A stretch of 64,000 nt of DNA from Octopus sinensis (taxonomy: Eukaryota). Of the stretch, positions 12,693 through 27,543 are shown piece by piece. Made by a program: the position numbers and the translations under genes. The notes below the pieces were generated by a model. That model had not been told where the DNA came from. It ran no database searches and saw only the letters and a program-made list of their open reading frames with translations. How positions within the stretch are numbered: position 1 is the stretch's first letter; the number at the start of each line of letters is the position of its first letter. Location of the stretch: the NCBI RefSeq assembly GCF_006345805.1, contig NC_043004.1:53320001-53384000 (forward strand), written 5' to 3'.

Positions 12693-13429
12693 CTACATAC
12701 ATACATACATACATACATACATACATACATACATACATACATACATACATACATACATACATACACACACACGCACATACATAAATACATACATAAAGAC
12801 ATACAAGCATATATACATACAAGCATGCATACATACAAAATGGCGCCATCAAAATCGGACGTGCAGGTGTAGAGGACAGTTTAAAATGTCCGTTTTGAAT
12901 GCCTTCCTCTAGAAATATGTCGACTTCTCCAGCTTAAATCTGTAACTAGTTTATTTCTCCAATTATTAATAAGAGAAACACCTATTACTCGCCATCGTAG
13001 CTTTTTCCTGAACATATTTTAAAATATACAGCTACACATCGTGGTATCTTGTTAACACGATATTGGCTGAAACTAACACCACCACAGATGGAACTAACAA
13101 CATCACCACTAATGACGTAAGTACTCTTCTCATTTTACTTGAATTGGACAATTAAACCAAGATTTACTTTGGTGCTACGAAAAAGCCCGATATGACCCTT
13201 CAATCGGATACATGAAGCAGTTAAAACAATACTGCGACGAACCTCATCCCAATTTAAATACCTTCACGGCGAAACAGCTCTGACAACAAGCATCTTTTGT
13301 GAAAAAAAAAAAAAAATCAACTGGTCCTCGGTCCTCCCACAGCACAGAAAATGGGTGAAAATCTGCCAGAAGTGGCATAAAAAATGATGTAAACAAACCC
13401 GCTCCAGCTATCGCTAAATTCGAGTGTGT

Positions 13430-14050
13430 CTCCAAATTTAGCTGACTCAGTAGCGAAAGCAGCCGAATACATCCAACTCAAAAACATTTTAAAATTCAAT
13501 CCGCAAAAAAATTTTGCTACTTTCTCGAATCTTTCGTTGAGCAACAGACTACCTCCCTCAAGAATGAGAAAAAATTCGACCGATCTAATGTTTAAGGTTA
13601 TCAACGATGTTGCTGAAGAGCACATAAAATAATGTGATGTTAATTACTGGAATATTATTTTCTACTCTAGGCACAAGACCCGAAATTTTGGGGGAGGAGG
13701 CCAGTCGATTAGATCGACCCTAGTACGCAATCTAGATGGGAAACATAAGAAAACATCAACAACGTACACCGCCATATTGGATGGTTAACTTCAACAATAA
13801 AATGCAAGGAGAAAAATAAGTTGACACCTCACCAACTTTACCATTAGACATAAATTAATGAAACTTTATGGCATCTGTTCACACGAAGCTCTTCATGGAA
13901 AGCTAATCACTTTAAAACATGAACTCTGGAAAATGAGCGAGAAACTCCGCAATCGCCTGCGAATTTTTGAGCGAAGCATTATCAATCGCAAATTTGTTTC
14001 CAACCCACAAGCATTATACAGAGCGATGTGGAAGGACTCATTATTAAATA
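13430..14050 (+). mobile_element. Possible decayed R4/Dong N-terminal (pre-RT) fragment interrupted by a SINE-B tail at ~13656-13735
   Basis: PPYW..NFNNKMQ and ITLKHELWKMSEKLRNRLRIFERSIINRKFVSNPQALYRAM weakly resemble PPWKRRL..KI and LKQ.L...A.RL.RY......NRLF..NP...Y. Confidence 0.45.
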
Positions 14051-14206
14051 CAGTTGAGAATATCAATATTAATAGAATATTAATAATATAATAAAATATT
14101 AATAAATCATATTTTACTAACAGTGAAACATACAGAATTGATGCAGAAGCCTTCGCTATAGCAGTAGGCAAACTGTAGAATGGTGAGGCTCCTGGAAGGG
14201 GGATAT

Positions 14207-14274
<68 letters not shown>

Positions 14275-14307
14275 TAGACAGGTAGTAGTAGTAGTAGTAG
14301 TAGTAGT

Positions 14308-14345
<38 letters not shown>

Positions 14346-15208
14346 TCATTATTAAGGCGGTGATCTCGCAGAAACCTCAGTAGGCCTTTCATCTTTCGGC
14401 ATCGATTCATTTAGAACAAGTTTAGCATTGGGGTTGATATAATCGCTTAGCTCCCTCGACTCAAAATTTAAGGACTTGTACCTTTGGCAGAAAATAACAA
14501 TTATTATTGTAAATACCGGTGATGTGGCTGTTGTCGTTCGTCTTTATACTGTTGACATAGCTGTTGCTGTTGTCATTGTTGTTGTTGTTGTTGTTGCTGT
14601 TGTTGTTGGTGTTGTTGTTGTTGTTGTTGTATTCAGCATTATAAATCATATTAATAAATTAATTTTGTTTTGGTGTTTATGTTTATTGACAAAACACAAC
14701 AGCATTTTACATTTTATATTGTGAAACGTGAATAAATTGGTTTTATGATTTTACTGCGAATAAAAGTTAAATATTTGATTGTAGCCTATCTTCCAACTAA
14801 TAAAAAACTGTAAGCAATAAAATATCTCTATGTTACCTAATGTAGAAATAACAAAAAGGCATACATAGATACATACATACAGAGATACATACACACAGTT
14901 AGACACAGACACACACACACACGCACATATATAAATATTATATTATATTATATTATGTTATATTATAACATATTGTATTATATATCATGTATATTTCTAT
15001 GCATATGACTTGACGATGAGCTCTGGGTGTATGTATATGTGTGTGTTTTAATGGCAGTGAACATAATGTTAAAAAAATTGATTTTGTTCTCAGTTTACAG
15101 ACAGTTCATTTGGTATTACCAAATTAAAAGACAGGCACAAGCTTAAACACACACACACACACACACATACACACACACACACACACATATATAGCTATAG
15201 ATATAGAT

Positions 15209-15250
<42 letters not shown>

Positions 15251-15251
<1 letters not shown>

Positions 15252-15386
15252 TGTTTCTTTATTAGCCACACAGGGCTGCACACAGATAGAACAAATTACC
15301 AGGTAGAGCTTTTCTTTTGAAGGTTTAAAAAAAAAAAGGAAGGGGGAGTTTCGATCAAAAGGGATCGTAAAAGGAGAGAAAGAGGA
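15251..15386 (-). mobile_element. Tx1-like L1 element, 136-bp 3'-end copy in (GATA)n
   Basis: Same 3' terminus (minus ...GCAGCCCTGTGTGGCTAATAAAGAAACAT) as the three longer copies; (GATA)n on both sides. Confidence 0.85.
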
Positions 15387-15406
15387 AGATAGATAGATAG
15401 ATAGAT

Positions 15407-16703
15407 ATGTTTCTTTATTAGCCACACAGGGCTGCACACAGATAGAACAAATTACAAGGTAGAGCTTTTCTTTTGAAGGTTTAAAAAAAAAAAAAATAAT
15501 AATAATAATAATAAAATAAAAAATGAAATAAAATAAAAAAGGGGGGGTCGATCAAAAGGGATCGTAAAAGGAGAGAAAGAGGACAAAAAAAGGGGGGGGG
15601 GTTAAAAAAAAAAGGGGGGAGAGGAAAAAAAATTAATCAATAGGGATCGTTATCACAGAAATGTCAATATGAAGTGTAAAGGGGAGGACAGGTGAGGTTT
15701 ACCCGTGGAAAGAAAAGCCTAGGGAAAAGACCACGGTAACCTCGGTCAATGAAGTCACATGTTATATTTCTTTTTTTTTTTTTTGCAAATAAGCAACTCT
15801 CTGTATTAATTTTTACGGTTCATAGAATCATAGTCAAGGTGGCTTCGTCATTCATACGTGCCATCCTTGCTACATTCACCCATCTTTTTTTAAAACATTC
15901 ACTAGACAAAACTTGCCTCTCTACTCTCACTTTTTTCTTCAAGTGATACTTGAAGAAGTTGATGAGAGATTGACCAGAGAGGAAAGTGTTTGTCTCTAAT
16001 CCTTTCAGACGCGTCCACCAGATACATTCTTTCGCCATAGCCACAAGTATGATAAAAATAGCTCTTCCTTCCCGTTTGAAGGAAGAGGCGTGACGATATT
16101 AACGATAGACTCGGCAGATAAACCGACACGTCCCACACGTGACAGCAGTCGTTCGACATAAGCCCACAGGTGGGAATTGCTGGACACTGCACGATTGCGT
16201 GCAGAGCGGTTTCGTCGCTCTGACCGCATCTCGGGCAGGTCGGCCCCGTGTTTCTCGAGCATGCCTATAGAGCTTATCCCGAACGGGTAGCGCTTCTCGG
16301 TAGCACCGCCAGGCCAGGGATCTCTGGAAGTTGTCCATAGGTCCGGGCCGAAAGTCGTTTGAAACAGGCGGGTCAGGTATTCCTCGTCGACGCCCAGGTT
16401 GCCCCGAGCTCGTCGTCGTACCTCCCCTCCACTAATCCCCATAGAATGCTTGGTTGTGTTGAAGTCACTCAAGGTCGACCCGGGACGGCAGAGTTGCTTG
16501 AGAGCAACGCGACACTCGCGGTGCCATTCGCCCTTCTTCGGCCTCTTTTTGATCCACGACTGTAGTTCGGTCATGGAGACGAGTTGCGGGAATGCGTGCC
16601 TCACAAACGGCGACCACACCTGTTCACTGTCGTCTACATAGAGCCGGAGATGTCGCAGTCTCAGCGCGTGTCTGCGCATCATCAACCACGGCATGCCCAG
16701 CCC
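15407..16703 (-). mobile_element. Tx1-like L1-clade non-LTR retrotransposon, ~1.3-kb 5'-truncated copy (ORF2 C-terminus with frameshifts, 3' UTR)
   Basis: Frameshifted peptide ...FQRSLAWRCYREALPVRDKLYRH...CPRCGQSDETALHAIVQC (CX2CX8HX4C knuckle)...LWAYVERLLSRVG...AKECIWWTRLKG...FFKYHLKKKVRVER; AATAAA near the 3' end; (GATA)n on both sides. Confidence 0.85.
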
Positions 16704-16728
16704 TAGATAGATAGATAGATAGATAGAT

Positions 16729-17226
16729 ATGTTTCTTTATTAGCCACACAGGGCTGCACACAGATAGAACAAATTACAAGGTAGAGCTTTTCTTTTGAAG
16801 GTTTAAAAAAAAAAAAGGAAAGGGGTGAGTTTCGATCAAAAGGGATCGTAAAAGGAGAGAAAGAGGACAAAAAAGGGGGGGTTAAAAAAAGGGGGGAGAG
16901 GAAAAAAAATTGATCAATAGGGATCGTTATCACAGAAATGTCAATATGAAGTGTAAAGGGGAGGACAGGTGAGGTTTACCCGTGGAAAGAAAAGCCTACG
17001 GAAAAGACCACGGTAACCTCGGTCAATGAAGTCACATTTTATATTTCTTTTTTTTTTTTTTTGCAAATAAGCAAATCTCTGTTTTCAATTTCTGGGTTCA
17101 TAGGATTATGCTCAAGGTGGCTTCGTCATTCATACGTGCCATTCTTGCTACATTCACCCATCTTTTTTTTAAACATTCGCTAGACAAAACTTGCCTCTCT
17201 ACTCTCACTTTCCTTTTCAAGTGGTA
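16729..17226 (-). mobile_element. Tx1-like L1 element, ~500-bp 5'-truncated copy in (GATA)n
   Basis: Near-identical to the 3' portion of 15407-16703; (GATA)n on both sides. Confidence 0.9.
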
Positions 17227-17299
<73 letters not shown>

Positions 17300-17303
17300 A
17301 AGG

Positions 17304-17380
<77 letters not shown>

Positions 17381-18093
17381 TGATAGATAGATAGACAGAT
17401 AGATGGAAAGATGGAAAGATCGATGGAGGGAGAGAGAGAGAGACATAGATCAAGATAGAAAAATGTATAAATAAAGTGACAGACTATTTAATGAATAATA
17501 ATATATATAGAATATAAGAATATGAAATACACGTTTATATACATACAAACCGAACTAAAATATATACCAATATACAGTGTAATTAGGTTATAGGAAATAC
17601 AGATGACAGTGAAGAATCGAAGGAAGTATATCAAATTTTTATAACGTTGAATATTATATACTTATGAATATTTGTACAGATATTTGTAAACGCAATTTTA
17701 AAAGAATAAAAAAAAACTAGAAGCAAGCAATTATTTTATTGGAAGTGGATTGATATTTAGAGTATATTAATAATTATAATGAGGAGAATGTTGAGAATTA
17801 GGGACTTGGGCCATAGGCATATTTGTATATCATATTATTTATTTGATAATGCTTTTAATCCAGTTTTAAGCTGAATGAATTTCTGGTATCAGAGGAAGCA
17901 GTGGACAGACTTAAATACATTGTTGTATTAAATTATAAGATTTTCATATCAAATGGATTATTTTCAGGTATCTGATATGTTATACACACACACACACGCA
18001 TATATACATATATATATATATACACATATATATATATAAATTTTATTGCTTTTTATAGATACACACACACATGTATGTATACATACATACATA

Positions 18094-18141
<48 letters not shown>

Positions 18142-19003
18142 GTATATATATATGTATGTATGTATGTATACATACATACATGTGTGTGTGTGTGTGTATC
18201 TATAAAAAGCTATAAAATTCAAGGTGGTATGATACGGGAATAAATTAATTAGTTACTTCTCATCCTTGCGATTACGGCCGTTTCGCAACCTTATTCATGT
18301 ATTCGTAATTTCTGTGTACTGTGAATTAAATTTGGATGTTTCCATTAATATACATGTTACGCAGTATACAATAAAATTGTATGCTCAAAACATCAATGCA
18401 GGTAAAGAAAGCTAGCTATTGAGAGCACCAGAAGATCAGGGTTCAATTCTAAATATACCAATGATTCAGCTCTAAGTATACATAAGTATTTTCTTCATGT
18501 GTACAATGTATGGAAGACTGAGAACACATAAAATTAGATTAGTATGGTTGGTAAAATTAAAGGTATGTCGTCTCATATAAATTAAGGTACCGCATCTAAA
18601 TTCAGGGACTTTCTTAATGTCAGCAAAATTTTACAGGAAGCGATAAGGAGAGGTAGTAAAGTAGTTATAGTAAACTTAAAAAAAGGGCATATAAACTGCA
18701 TAAATGAATTCAATAGGGATCAGATTGGAGAATATGTAAAGATTGAGCCAAGAAATATTATTGAACAACATTAATTTTCAAACAGGTATAACAGGTCAAA
18801 ATTCCACATATGAAAGTCTTGTAAGCTTCAATTTTCTAATCACATCTCAAAATAATTTTCATCTCAATGGATTGTATTAAAACCAAAATAATATTCACAC
18901 CTACATGAATCTGACTGAGGACGTACAGCATATTCCTCGGCGTCATAACCATTTTGTGAACTCGACGCCTGCATGACTACATACACGCACAAACACACAT
19001 ATG

Positions 19004-19042
<39 letters not shown>

Positions 19043-19510
19043 CGAAATGAGACAAGAAGGCAAACATCCGGACAACTAGGTGATACAAGGGACAACAAAA
19101 CATCCAGGTAGACGATACGAAAAAAAAACAAACAAGAACGAGTCATTCGAAGCTTTCTATCCTTAGTCAAGAACCGGATCATCCTCGGAATTTCGGCTGT
19201 TTAATCTTGAGATTGTTCCAATCTGGCCAGCTCCAAGGAAAAGGTAAGCTAAGAGCATTAGATTCCTTGGAAGAAAGTATCGAATGTATATGAAAAGAAG
19301 GATAGACAAACAGGCTATGTTACACAAATATAAATATAATATAAATACAACAAAAATAATAATAACCGGACATAACAACAGGTGTCTTTCGACTGGGGAC
19401 GAACTGACCACGATCAGACAACAAAACAGAGACCTAGCAGTCTAACCTATCGGTTACGTGAGAAGAGAAGATATAGAAAAGATGTTGCTATGTATGTCTA
19501 TGTCTACATG

Positions 19511-19550
<40 letters not shown>

Positions 19551-19768
19551 AAATAAGAAAATGGAGAAATACATCTAACTCATTTATCAACTACCAGATA
19601 ATACCCAATCACATACTTTATTAAACCACTACATAAGAACATTAAGGTTAAACATAAAAATATATAACAAAACAGCGTACATGAATGAGTAATACAATAC
19701 AATAATTATAATCATTATAAGAGGATATAAATAAATATAAATAGATATAAATATAAATGTACACTATG

Positions 19769-19893
19769 TCTTACAGCTGTTTCGGTCATGCAGATAATTA
19801 TGTCTCATTTTACCTATATTAGCCATGTATAGTATGTCAATATGAAGTTAAAAATGAGACATTTACAAATATATCGTAAGGCCTCTTCGGAGA
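19769..19893 (-). ncRNA. Type-I hammerhead-like motif with long stem II (U4C core)
   Basis: Minus: TCT-CCGAAGA-GGCC..(~100 nt including a 12-bp hairpin, 19800-19811/19851-19862)..GACC-GAAA-CAGCTG-TA^-AGA. Palindromic stem III ACAGCTGT; stem I only 3 bp. Confidence 0.6.
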
Positions 19894-20388
19894 TTCTAAA
19901 GTATAAACCAAATTACATATATACTCATATAAGTGTGGGTACATACCCATAATAAATCATTTACATATATATATGAGTGCATATACTCATACTCTTATAC
20001 ATACACATATACATATACATAATAATACAAATAATATAAAACAATAAACATATGTATGTTCCATATTCAATGTTTTTCATCTTAATATTAAGATATTACA
20101 ACGTAGAGAACATAGACATAGTCATACTTCAATGCAGATATATAGAGTCAGTATTACCTTATATTAATTTACAAAAAAGTCATTAATGTTAATATCAATA
20201 CTGTTATCAATATCATTAATGCTACCAATATCATTGTTCTAATAACATTAATACTAATAAAAACAATACATACATCACACAATTAGCAATATAGTAGCAA
20301 AACTGTGGACCAACATAATACCACAGTATTATGCAAGGCGGATATATGTTATCCCATGGAGGGTTGAATTTGCAATCCCTATCTCAAT

Positions 20389-20452
<64 letters not shown>

Positions 20453-20563
20453 TATATACACATATATATATATATATATATGTAATATGTATTATATATA
20501 TATACATATACATATATATATATTTATATTATATATACGTATATTTATATATATATATATGTG

Positions 20564-20595
<32 letters not shown>

Positions 20596-20625
20596 AACAT
20601 ATATATATACATATGATATACACAC

Positions 20626-20724
<99 letters not shown>

Positions 20725-21462
20725 CATACTTACATACATACGCTGAAATTTTCATTAAACCGCTTGACAATCTGTCACCATTAATAACTCCACGAAAATT
20801 TCTATTGGCATATCGTAGTTTTATCCCCTCTCCTTAAATAGTCTGTTGAGCGTTACATAGAGTATATTTAAAAGCAAAATTTAATGAGATATTGATTATA
20901 TCATATTTAATTTAATATTCGAACATAGATAGATAGCTAGATACATTAATACATACATACATACACAGATACATGTATGCATGCATACATACACGCGTAC
21001 ATACCTACATACATACATACAAACATACATACATGCATACATACATGCATACATAGATAGCTATGATAATAGCGTTGAAGATTTTTATTAGACATTCATA
21101 ACAGAGACAAATTGGTAGCTTCACTTAACATCACTTTAAACAATTATTATTTTGTCATAATTGCGTCAAACCAATTGTTCTTGTGCGTTGACTGGCGAAT
21201 GTGTCTCAGTCTCAATGTAGTTCTTTTAGATTTAACTCACGGTCAAAGATCAAATAATTCGGCATGCCATGCACTCGCAGACCCATACACATGCCAACAG
21301 CCAACGTAGATGCATAAATGCATACACATATTTCAATTCATTTATCTATCTATCTATATATCTATCTATCTATCTGTCTGTCTGTCTATCTATCTGTCTA
21401 TCTGTCTATCTATCTACCTACCCACCTACTTACCTAACTACCTCCCTACATACCTCCCTATC

Positions 21463-21551
<89 letters not shown>

Positions 21552-21673
21552 GTGTGTCTGTGTGTCTGTATGTCTGTCTGTGTCCCTAATTATTTGCCTC
21601 TCTGTCTATCTATCTATTTATCTATCAGACAGTCTGTCTGTCTATGTATCTATTTCTTTCTTTCTCTTTATCC

Positions 21674-21710
21674 CTTTCCTGACGAAGAGCTATGCTCGAA
21701 ACGTCAAAAG
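21674..21710 (+). ncRNA. Minimal type-I hammerhead motif (PLE-like)
   Basis: CTTT-C-CTGACGA-A-GAGC-TAT-GCTC-GAAA-CG-TC^-A-AAAG. Intact core, extra A before stem II, ACGT stem III, C.A mismatch closing stem I. Confidence 0.75.
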
Positions 21711-21837
21711 CTCATTCGTTCTACTGAGTGTTAAGTAATAGATTCTATGCATACATCCTCTTCGTTGTTGATATTGTTATATTTAGTGATCGATTTTTCG
21801 ATTTGACTATCTATGTATCTATTTATTTATCTATCTA

Positions 21838-21876
<39 letters not shown>

Positions 21877-22150
21877 ATATATATACACACATATATATAT
21901 ATATATGCACACACACACATATATGTATAAACATATATATATGTGTGAACCTGTGTGTATGCACACACAATATAAGGCACAGATACTAGATCGTTTTAAC
22001 TGGGTTAGCTAGTAAAAGAAATGCGCCATTTCATTCTTGCAGCAGTGTTCTTTAGCATTAACCTGTTACGTAACGAGACATATAACTACAGTATACTTAT
22101 AATCTTCGTATGTACGATTACATACGCATACACCACCACACTATATATAT

Positions 22151-22228
<78 letters not shown>

Positions 22229-23779
22229 ATATAGTATACATACATACTATATATATATATATATTCGAGTATAGGCTTTATTATTTTTTGTTATTGATTC
22301 CAAGGCACGATTTAAGAACGAGAGTTAGAATAACGAATTTCAAAATGTCTTCCTTGTTAATGTCTAAGAAAAAGTAAAATACATACATATAGATTCATGT
22401 GTGTATTCCAATGTATATATACACACACATTGAAATGCCTAGGTACTTACACACATATACATACATAATCTTATCTGTGTAGTTTAGCATGTGTTTGTGT
22501 AAGCGTGTGTGTTCATGTGTGTGTATGTATGTGTGTGAGTGTGTGTGTGTGTGCGTGTGTAAATGGGTGTGTGTGCTCGCCACCTGGTGCGTACGTATAC
22601 TTACAACTTTTGCAGTTACAGCCTTAGAAAAATATAACATGTATGGAAATTTTGTTGAGTTTTAATGCGAGTTTATATTTCTTCACTTTCTACTTCCCTC
22701 CCAGAAGCTATGAAAGTGAAATTATCAAAGTGAACGAGGAGTATAAAGTTTTTTCTTTCTTTTTCCCCAAACATGTTTGACGTCCATGTTTGTTATTTTA
22801 CATTGTTAACGCTGTGCTCATACTTGGAAAAGAGCAGCGATAGAAATTGCCATGAGAGCAGGAGCAGCTGTAAAATAACAACAACAACAACAACAGCAGC
22901 AATAAGAATATGAAGAATATGAAATAAAAAAATTAAATTAAAAGGAAGAAACGACAATACCACTAACAAAAGTAATAGTAATAATAAAAATAACATTAAC
23001 GCTATCAACGTTTGACATTTAAAAGTCAATCTGCCGTCTTCTATAAGATAACTATTAAGAACATTAATGCGTTTTACTCTGAAAGTGTGTTGCTATTTTT
23101 CTTCATTTTTACTTTTATAAATTCTGCGATGAGTCAATATATTCCACATTATTTCACGGATGTGTAAATAAAGGAGCTTTCATAGATTGCTCCTCCATTT
23201 TATGGGTTGCTAGAAATGAAACTATATTTTAATATGGTGACCAATCCTTTCTAAAGAAATGCTAAAGGAAAAGAGGAAACGTTTTAGAAAAATAAAGAAT
23301 AGAAAACGAAAAGTGATATGAGAGTGAGATTATGAAGTTTATAGGTAGAGGCTAAATTATATTAAGAATATCCATTCTAAAGCCTAATTTTCGGAAAGTT
23401 GAAGAGGATGAGGTGGTTATTATAGCTAATATCGATTTTACTGTAGAAATTATTTCCGAAAATTCAATTCATTCGCTTCAGTAAACAGAATGAAATGATG
23501 TTAACAGCGATGAAATTAAGGGTTTGGAACTTCATAGTTACTTGACTATAAAATGCTTGCGCTGTTTATAGTACCTCTTTTGGCGTATATACATACATAC
23601 ATGCATAAATATATATATGTATATATATTTTATATATATATATGTATATATATACTTATATATATACATACACATATGTGTAAATATATTTATGTGTATG
23701 TATGTACACATACATATTGTATATATATATATATATGTATATATGCCTATATATACATACATTACATATATACATAAAC

Positions 23780-23813
<34 letters not shown>

Positions 23814-24548
23814 ATACATATATAAGTATATGCACACATATAAATGTATGTATGTAAATGATTACATGTTGCGTATACTAAATATTTGATTATGTCTGAA
23901 TATTTAGCCGGTTTGCCGTGTGTATATTACGATAGAAAAGTGGGGGTAAAGTCAAAAGAACTTTAAGGCTACAAACACGAAGGGTAGAATATAAAAAACA
24001 AAATTATCCAATATATAAATATTTTTTTTTTCAAGTGAATGGAAAGGATCGCCAGAGGTCGTTGCAGTTTGTCATAAATAGTTTATATCAACTTCATAAA
24101 AATAACATCTATTCAAGCATATTTAAATGCATAGGAACACGCACAAAAACACACACATACAGATGCTAAGAATTACATACATACACATAGAGCACGATCA
24201 GACATTTACGCAAATGTATTGCACATATATAATATGATTGAAATAAGAAATTACGTAAAATTCGTCTAAGCCAGAGCGCATTGCTTTAATACGTGGAAAG
24301 TTTTCTCCAGACTTTTATACACGATCGGGAATCTACGTATTTGATGAATGTAGGATCGTAACAGCGATGTAATTTGTTTTTATCAGATTTTGGTGAGGTT
24401 TGGATATTGTGAGCTCTTTAATCAGCTAGTTTATTATCATCAATAGTCAAATAAATCATCTTTTATATTATTACACTTTCTTCAAAATTTAATTAGGAAA
24501 ATGAAGACTTACAAAATTTTTAATGGATATATCATTATGAATAACAAT

Positions 24549-24930
24549 AGGAGCACTCCGTCGGTTACGACGATGAGGGTCCCAGCTGATACAATCAACG
24601 GAACAGCTTGCTCGTGGAGTTAACGTGCAAGTGGCTGAGCATTCCACAGACACGTGTACCCTTAACGTAGTTCTCGAGGAGATTCAGCGTGACACAGAGT
24701 GTGACAAAGCTGGCCCTTTGAAATACAGGTACAACAGAAACAGGAAGAAAGAGTGAGAGAAAGTTGTGGTGAAAGAGTACAGCAGGGTTCACCACCACCC
24801 CTGCAGGAGCTTTGTGAAGCTTTAGGTGTTTTCGCTCAATAAACACTCACAATGCCCGGTCTGGGGATCGAAACCGCGATCCTACGACCGCGAGTCCGCT
24901 GCCCTAACCACTGGGCCATTGCGTCTCCAC
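24549..24930 (-). mobile_element. tRNA-derived SINE, family A (~380 bp)
   Basis: Minus-strand head GGAGACGCAATGGCCCAGTGGTTAGGGCAGCGGACTCGCGGTCGTAGGATCGCGGTTTCGATCCCCAGACC with A and B boxes; second copy at 61570-61953. Confidence 0.9.
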
Positions 24931-25132
24931 ATGATTAACAATAACATTGGGAGAATATCCTAGACGCAAAATCGGCATGGCCTTGGCTGTTCAAATCCAA
25001 CGTAACTTTTGGTTGTGATATTCCAGCTGTCAAGGACAAGATGTGAAAACGTGTATGAATGGATCTTGAGTAGAACTGAGTTATTCTGCTTATATACACA
25101 CGCCTTTATATGGACACACACAGATACGCACA

Positions 25133-25430
25133 TATGAGGTGGTATCAAAACGTTCCCGGATTAGATCTGTAGCACGCCAACAGATGGCAGCACACGATTC
25201 CATGCGAACTGAGAGCTAGCGGTGATCTTCATGAGGCAGTGTGCTGAGATACATCACTGTTTACTTCGCAAGTTGTGAAATGTGTATTCTTGCATTCATG
25301 TGTATGCCGTAATGTGCTATTTTTGTCATGGACAGGAAGCTGAAACAAAGAGACTACGAAAAACTTTGAGTTAAACTTGGGATGTCTGCCACATTGAATA
25401 TGCTTCGGTAAGCCTACGGCGACGTGGTAA
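25133..25430 (+). mobile_element. Mariner-type DNA transposon 5' fragment (TIR and start of transposase)
   Basis: TIR-like atgaggtggtatcaaaacgttcccggat, then MDRKLKQRDYEKL*VKLGMSATLNMLR*AYGD, resembling EQR..IKFC.KLGKSATET..ML..AYGD. Confidence 0.6.
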
Positions 25431-25449
25431 TGGTCTGTATGCAACCATT

Positions 25450-25680
25450 AAGGCGGCGAGCTGGCAGAGACGTTAGCACGTCGGGCGAAATGCTTAGCGG
25501 TATTTCGGCTGCCGTTATGAGTTCAAATTCCGCCGAGGTCGACTTTGCCTTTCATCCTTTCGGGGTCGATAAATTAAGTACCAGTTACGCACTGGGGTCG
25601 ATGTAATCGACTTAATACCTATGTCTATCCTTGTTTGTCCCCTCTGTGTTTAGCCCCTTGTGGGTAATAAAGAAATAGGT
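25450..25680 (+). mobile_element. SINE family B, alternative-tail subfamily
   Basis: Family-B head and central domain plus tail gtttgtcccctctgtgtttagccccttgtggg..taaagaaata, also present at 41297-41527 (minus). Confidence 0.85.
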
Positions 25681-25844
25681 AATGGTTCGTATGCAACAGA
25701 AACCAAAATAAGTCCTGGGTTCACTTTGTTCGACTAAAGGCGGTGCTCTTGCATGAAACAAACAAAAGAATAATAGAATAAATGAGTTGATACGTATGTA
25801 TATACATATATATATATATATATATATAATATATATATATATTT

Positions 25845-26040
25845 CGTTTTGGGATTTGGTTGGCAAGATTCTTTATATGAGTTCGTGTGTTGAAGCATAT
25901 TCTGTTGTGTCTGGGGAGAGTCATTCTCTTTTAGTGCCCTTAATTATTTAACACACTCACCAGTAAAATTTCTACTTATTTCTTGTTTTTATTTTCTAAA
26001 AATTTCGTTGCGTCTTGCAACCTTTTCAATAGTCTTGACT
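25845..26040 (+). repeat. Dispersed repeat 'family F'
   Basis: Homologous to 7155-7720, 8150-8330 (minus) and 29840-30000; shared blocks gcatattctgttgtgtctggg..gagtca and cactcaccggtaaaatttccactt.tttct. Confidence 0.8.
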
Positions 26041-26106
26041 GTCCGTTATTTATTTATTTCTTATATATAATACATGCATACATACATACCTACATATACA
26101 TGATAT

Positions 26107-26162
<56 letters not shown>

Positions 26163-26166
26163 ATAT

Positions 26167-26202
<36 letters not shown>

Positions 26203-27502
26203 CATAATTAAGGGTACACGATAGTACAGCGTTACTAGAAATATGATTCGAAAAATACTGAAGCAAGCCACAAAATCACTGACAATTTAAAAAGCTGACG
26301 AAACCGAGGAGCGAGTAAAAACCAACCTACCATTGCGGGTGAAAGACGCTTGATATTGTGATACTGACATTGCGGTTTATTTGACTATTTTTCGAATCTT
26401 ATATCTAGCGACGCTGGTACTGTCATGAACCATTAATTATAAATTTATAAGTGTACCTTTTTTGATTTTAATTTTTGCTATCCATGTTTTTATGTTTTCG
26501 AACGGAAGATGTATGAAGCTTATAACACCCCGTAACTTTAAGTTTTATAAATGATATTGAATGAGTATAGTAAAACGACTAGATATATTTCCCAGTATAC
26601 GGATTATATTGGCGCGAACAGGTGTGCTCCTTGTCGTATTGCTTCTTATCTGTCTTATCGTCGTCCTCGTCGCCGTCGTCATTGTCATTATCATCGTCAT
26701 CATTATCATCATAATCGTCTCCCTCTTCCTCTTTTTCCTACTCCCCTATCATCGTCATCATCATCATCATCATCAATTATGATCATCATCCACGTTAAGG
26801 CTACAATTATTATTGAGGCATTTGTAGCTATTTGTCTCATTCTGACTTTAAGACAATCGTTTTCACATTACGCTATTCTTCGTGATATGGCATCATGCAT
26901 ATACACCCACTGATGATGATGATGATGATGATGACGACGACGACGATAACGACGACGACAATGACGACGACAACGACAACGACAACGACAACGACTAAGA
27001 CGACGATCTAATGACGTTGATGACGATGATGTTGATGATGCAATTCTTTGGGGGGTTTTATTGTTTTTGCCTGGTTGATCTTATATTAATGTACTTCAAT
27101 TCGCCATTCGATTTGCCACAAAAGCGATATTTACCAGTAAATATATCTTAAGCTATATCAAAGAAATTGATAATACGTAGATACGTCTCATCTGTAATTT
27201 CTAAATGTAGCCATTTGAATATTTTGATAAACACATTCCTAAAGGTATCCATTGTATGACCAATCATACGTTACAAATTGAATGTCTCATCCTGAAGGTG
27301 CATTGCAATATGAGTAGAACGCAAATTCTAAAGAAACATAGCATACAATTATGTTATTTCAGAAATAGCAACCCTTATTACAACGTGGCATGGCTATCTC
27401 GTTTAACCCCAAAAGAATCTTCGCATAATAGCAACATTTTCTCTCGTGAATGACATTAGTATCAGATTCCTTAATTGGAATGAAGGCGCTTCTAACTTCT
27501 GA

Positions 27503-27543
<41 letters not shown>

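Noticed and set aside
18268-18305. Minus-strand ATGAATA...GC-GAAA-CGGCCG-TA candidate
   Set aside because: The palindromic stem III is attractive, but stem I does not pair, stem II is at most 1 bp, and an alternative TTGCGA/TCGCAA hairpin competes. At best a decayed copy.
24860-24930. tRNA genes (also 54670-54745, 61880-61953, 36771-36840)
   Set aside because: A and B boxes are present, but there is no complete cloverleaf or acceptor stem, and each continues into a repeated SINE body.
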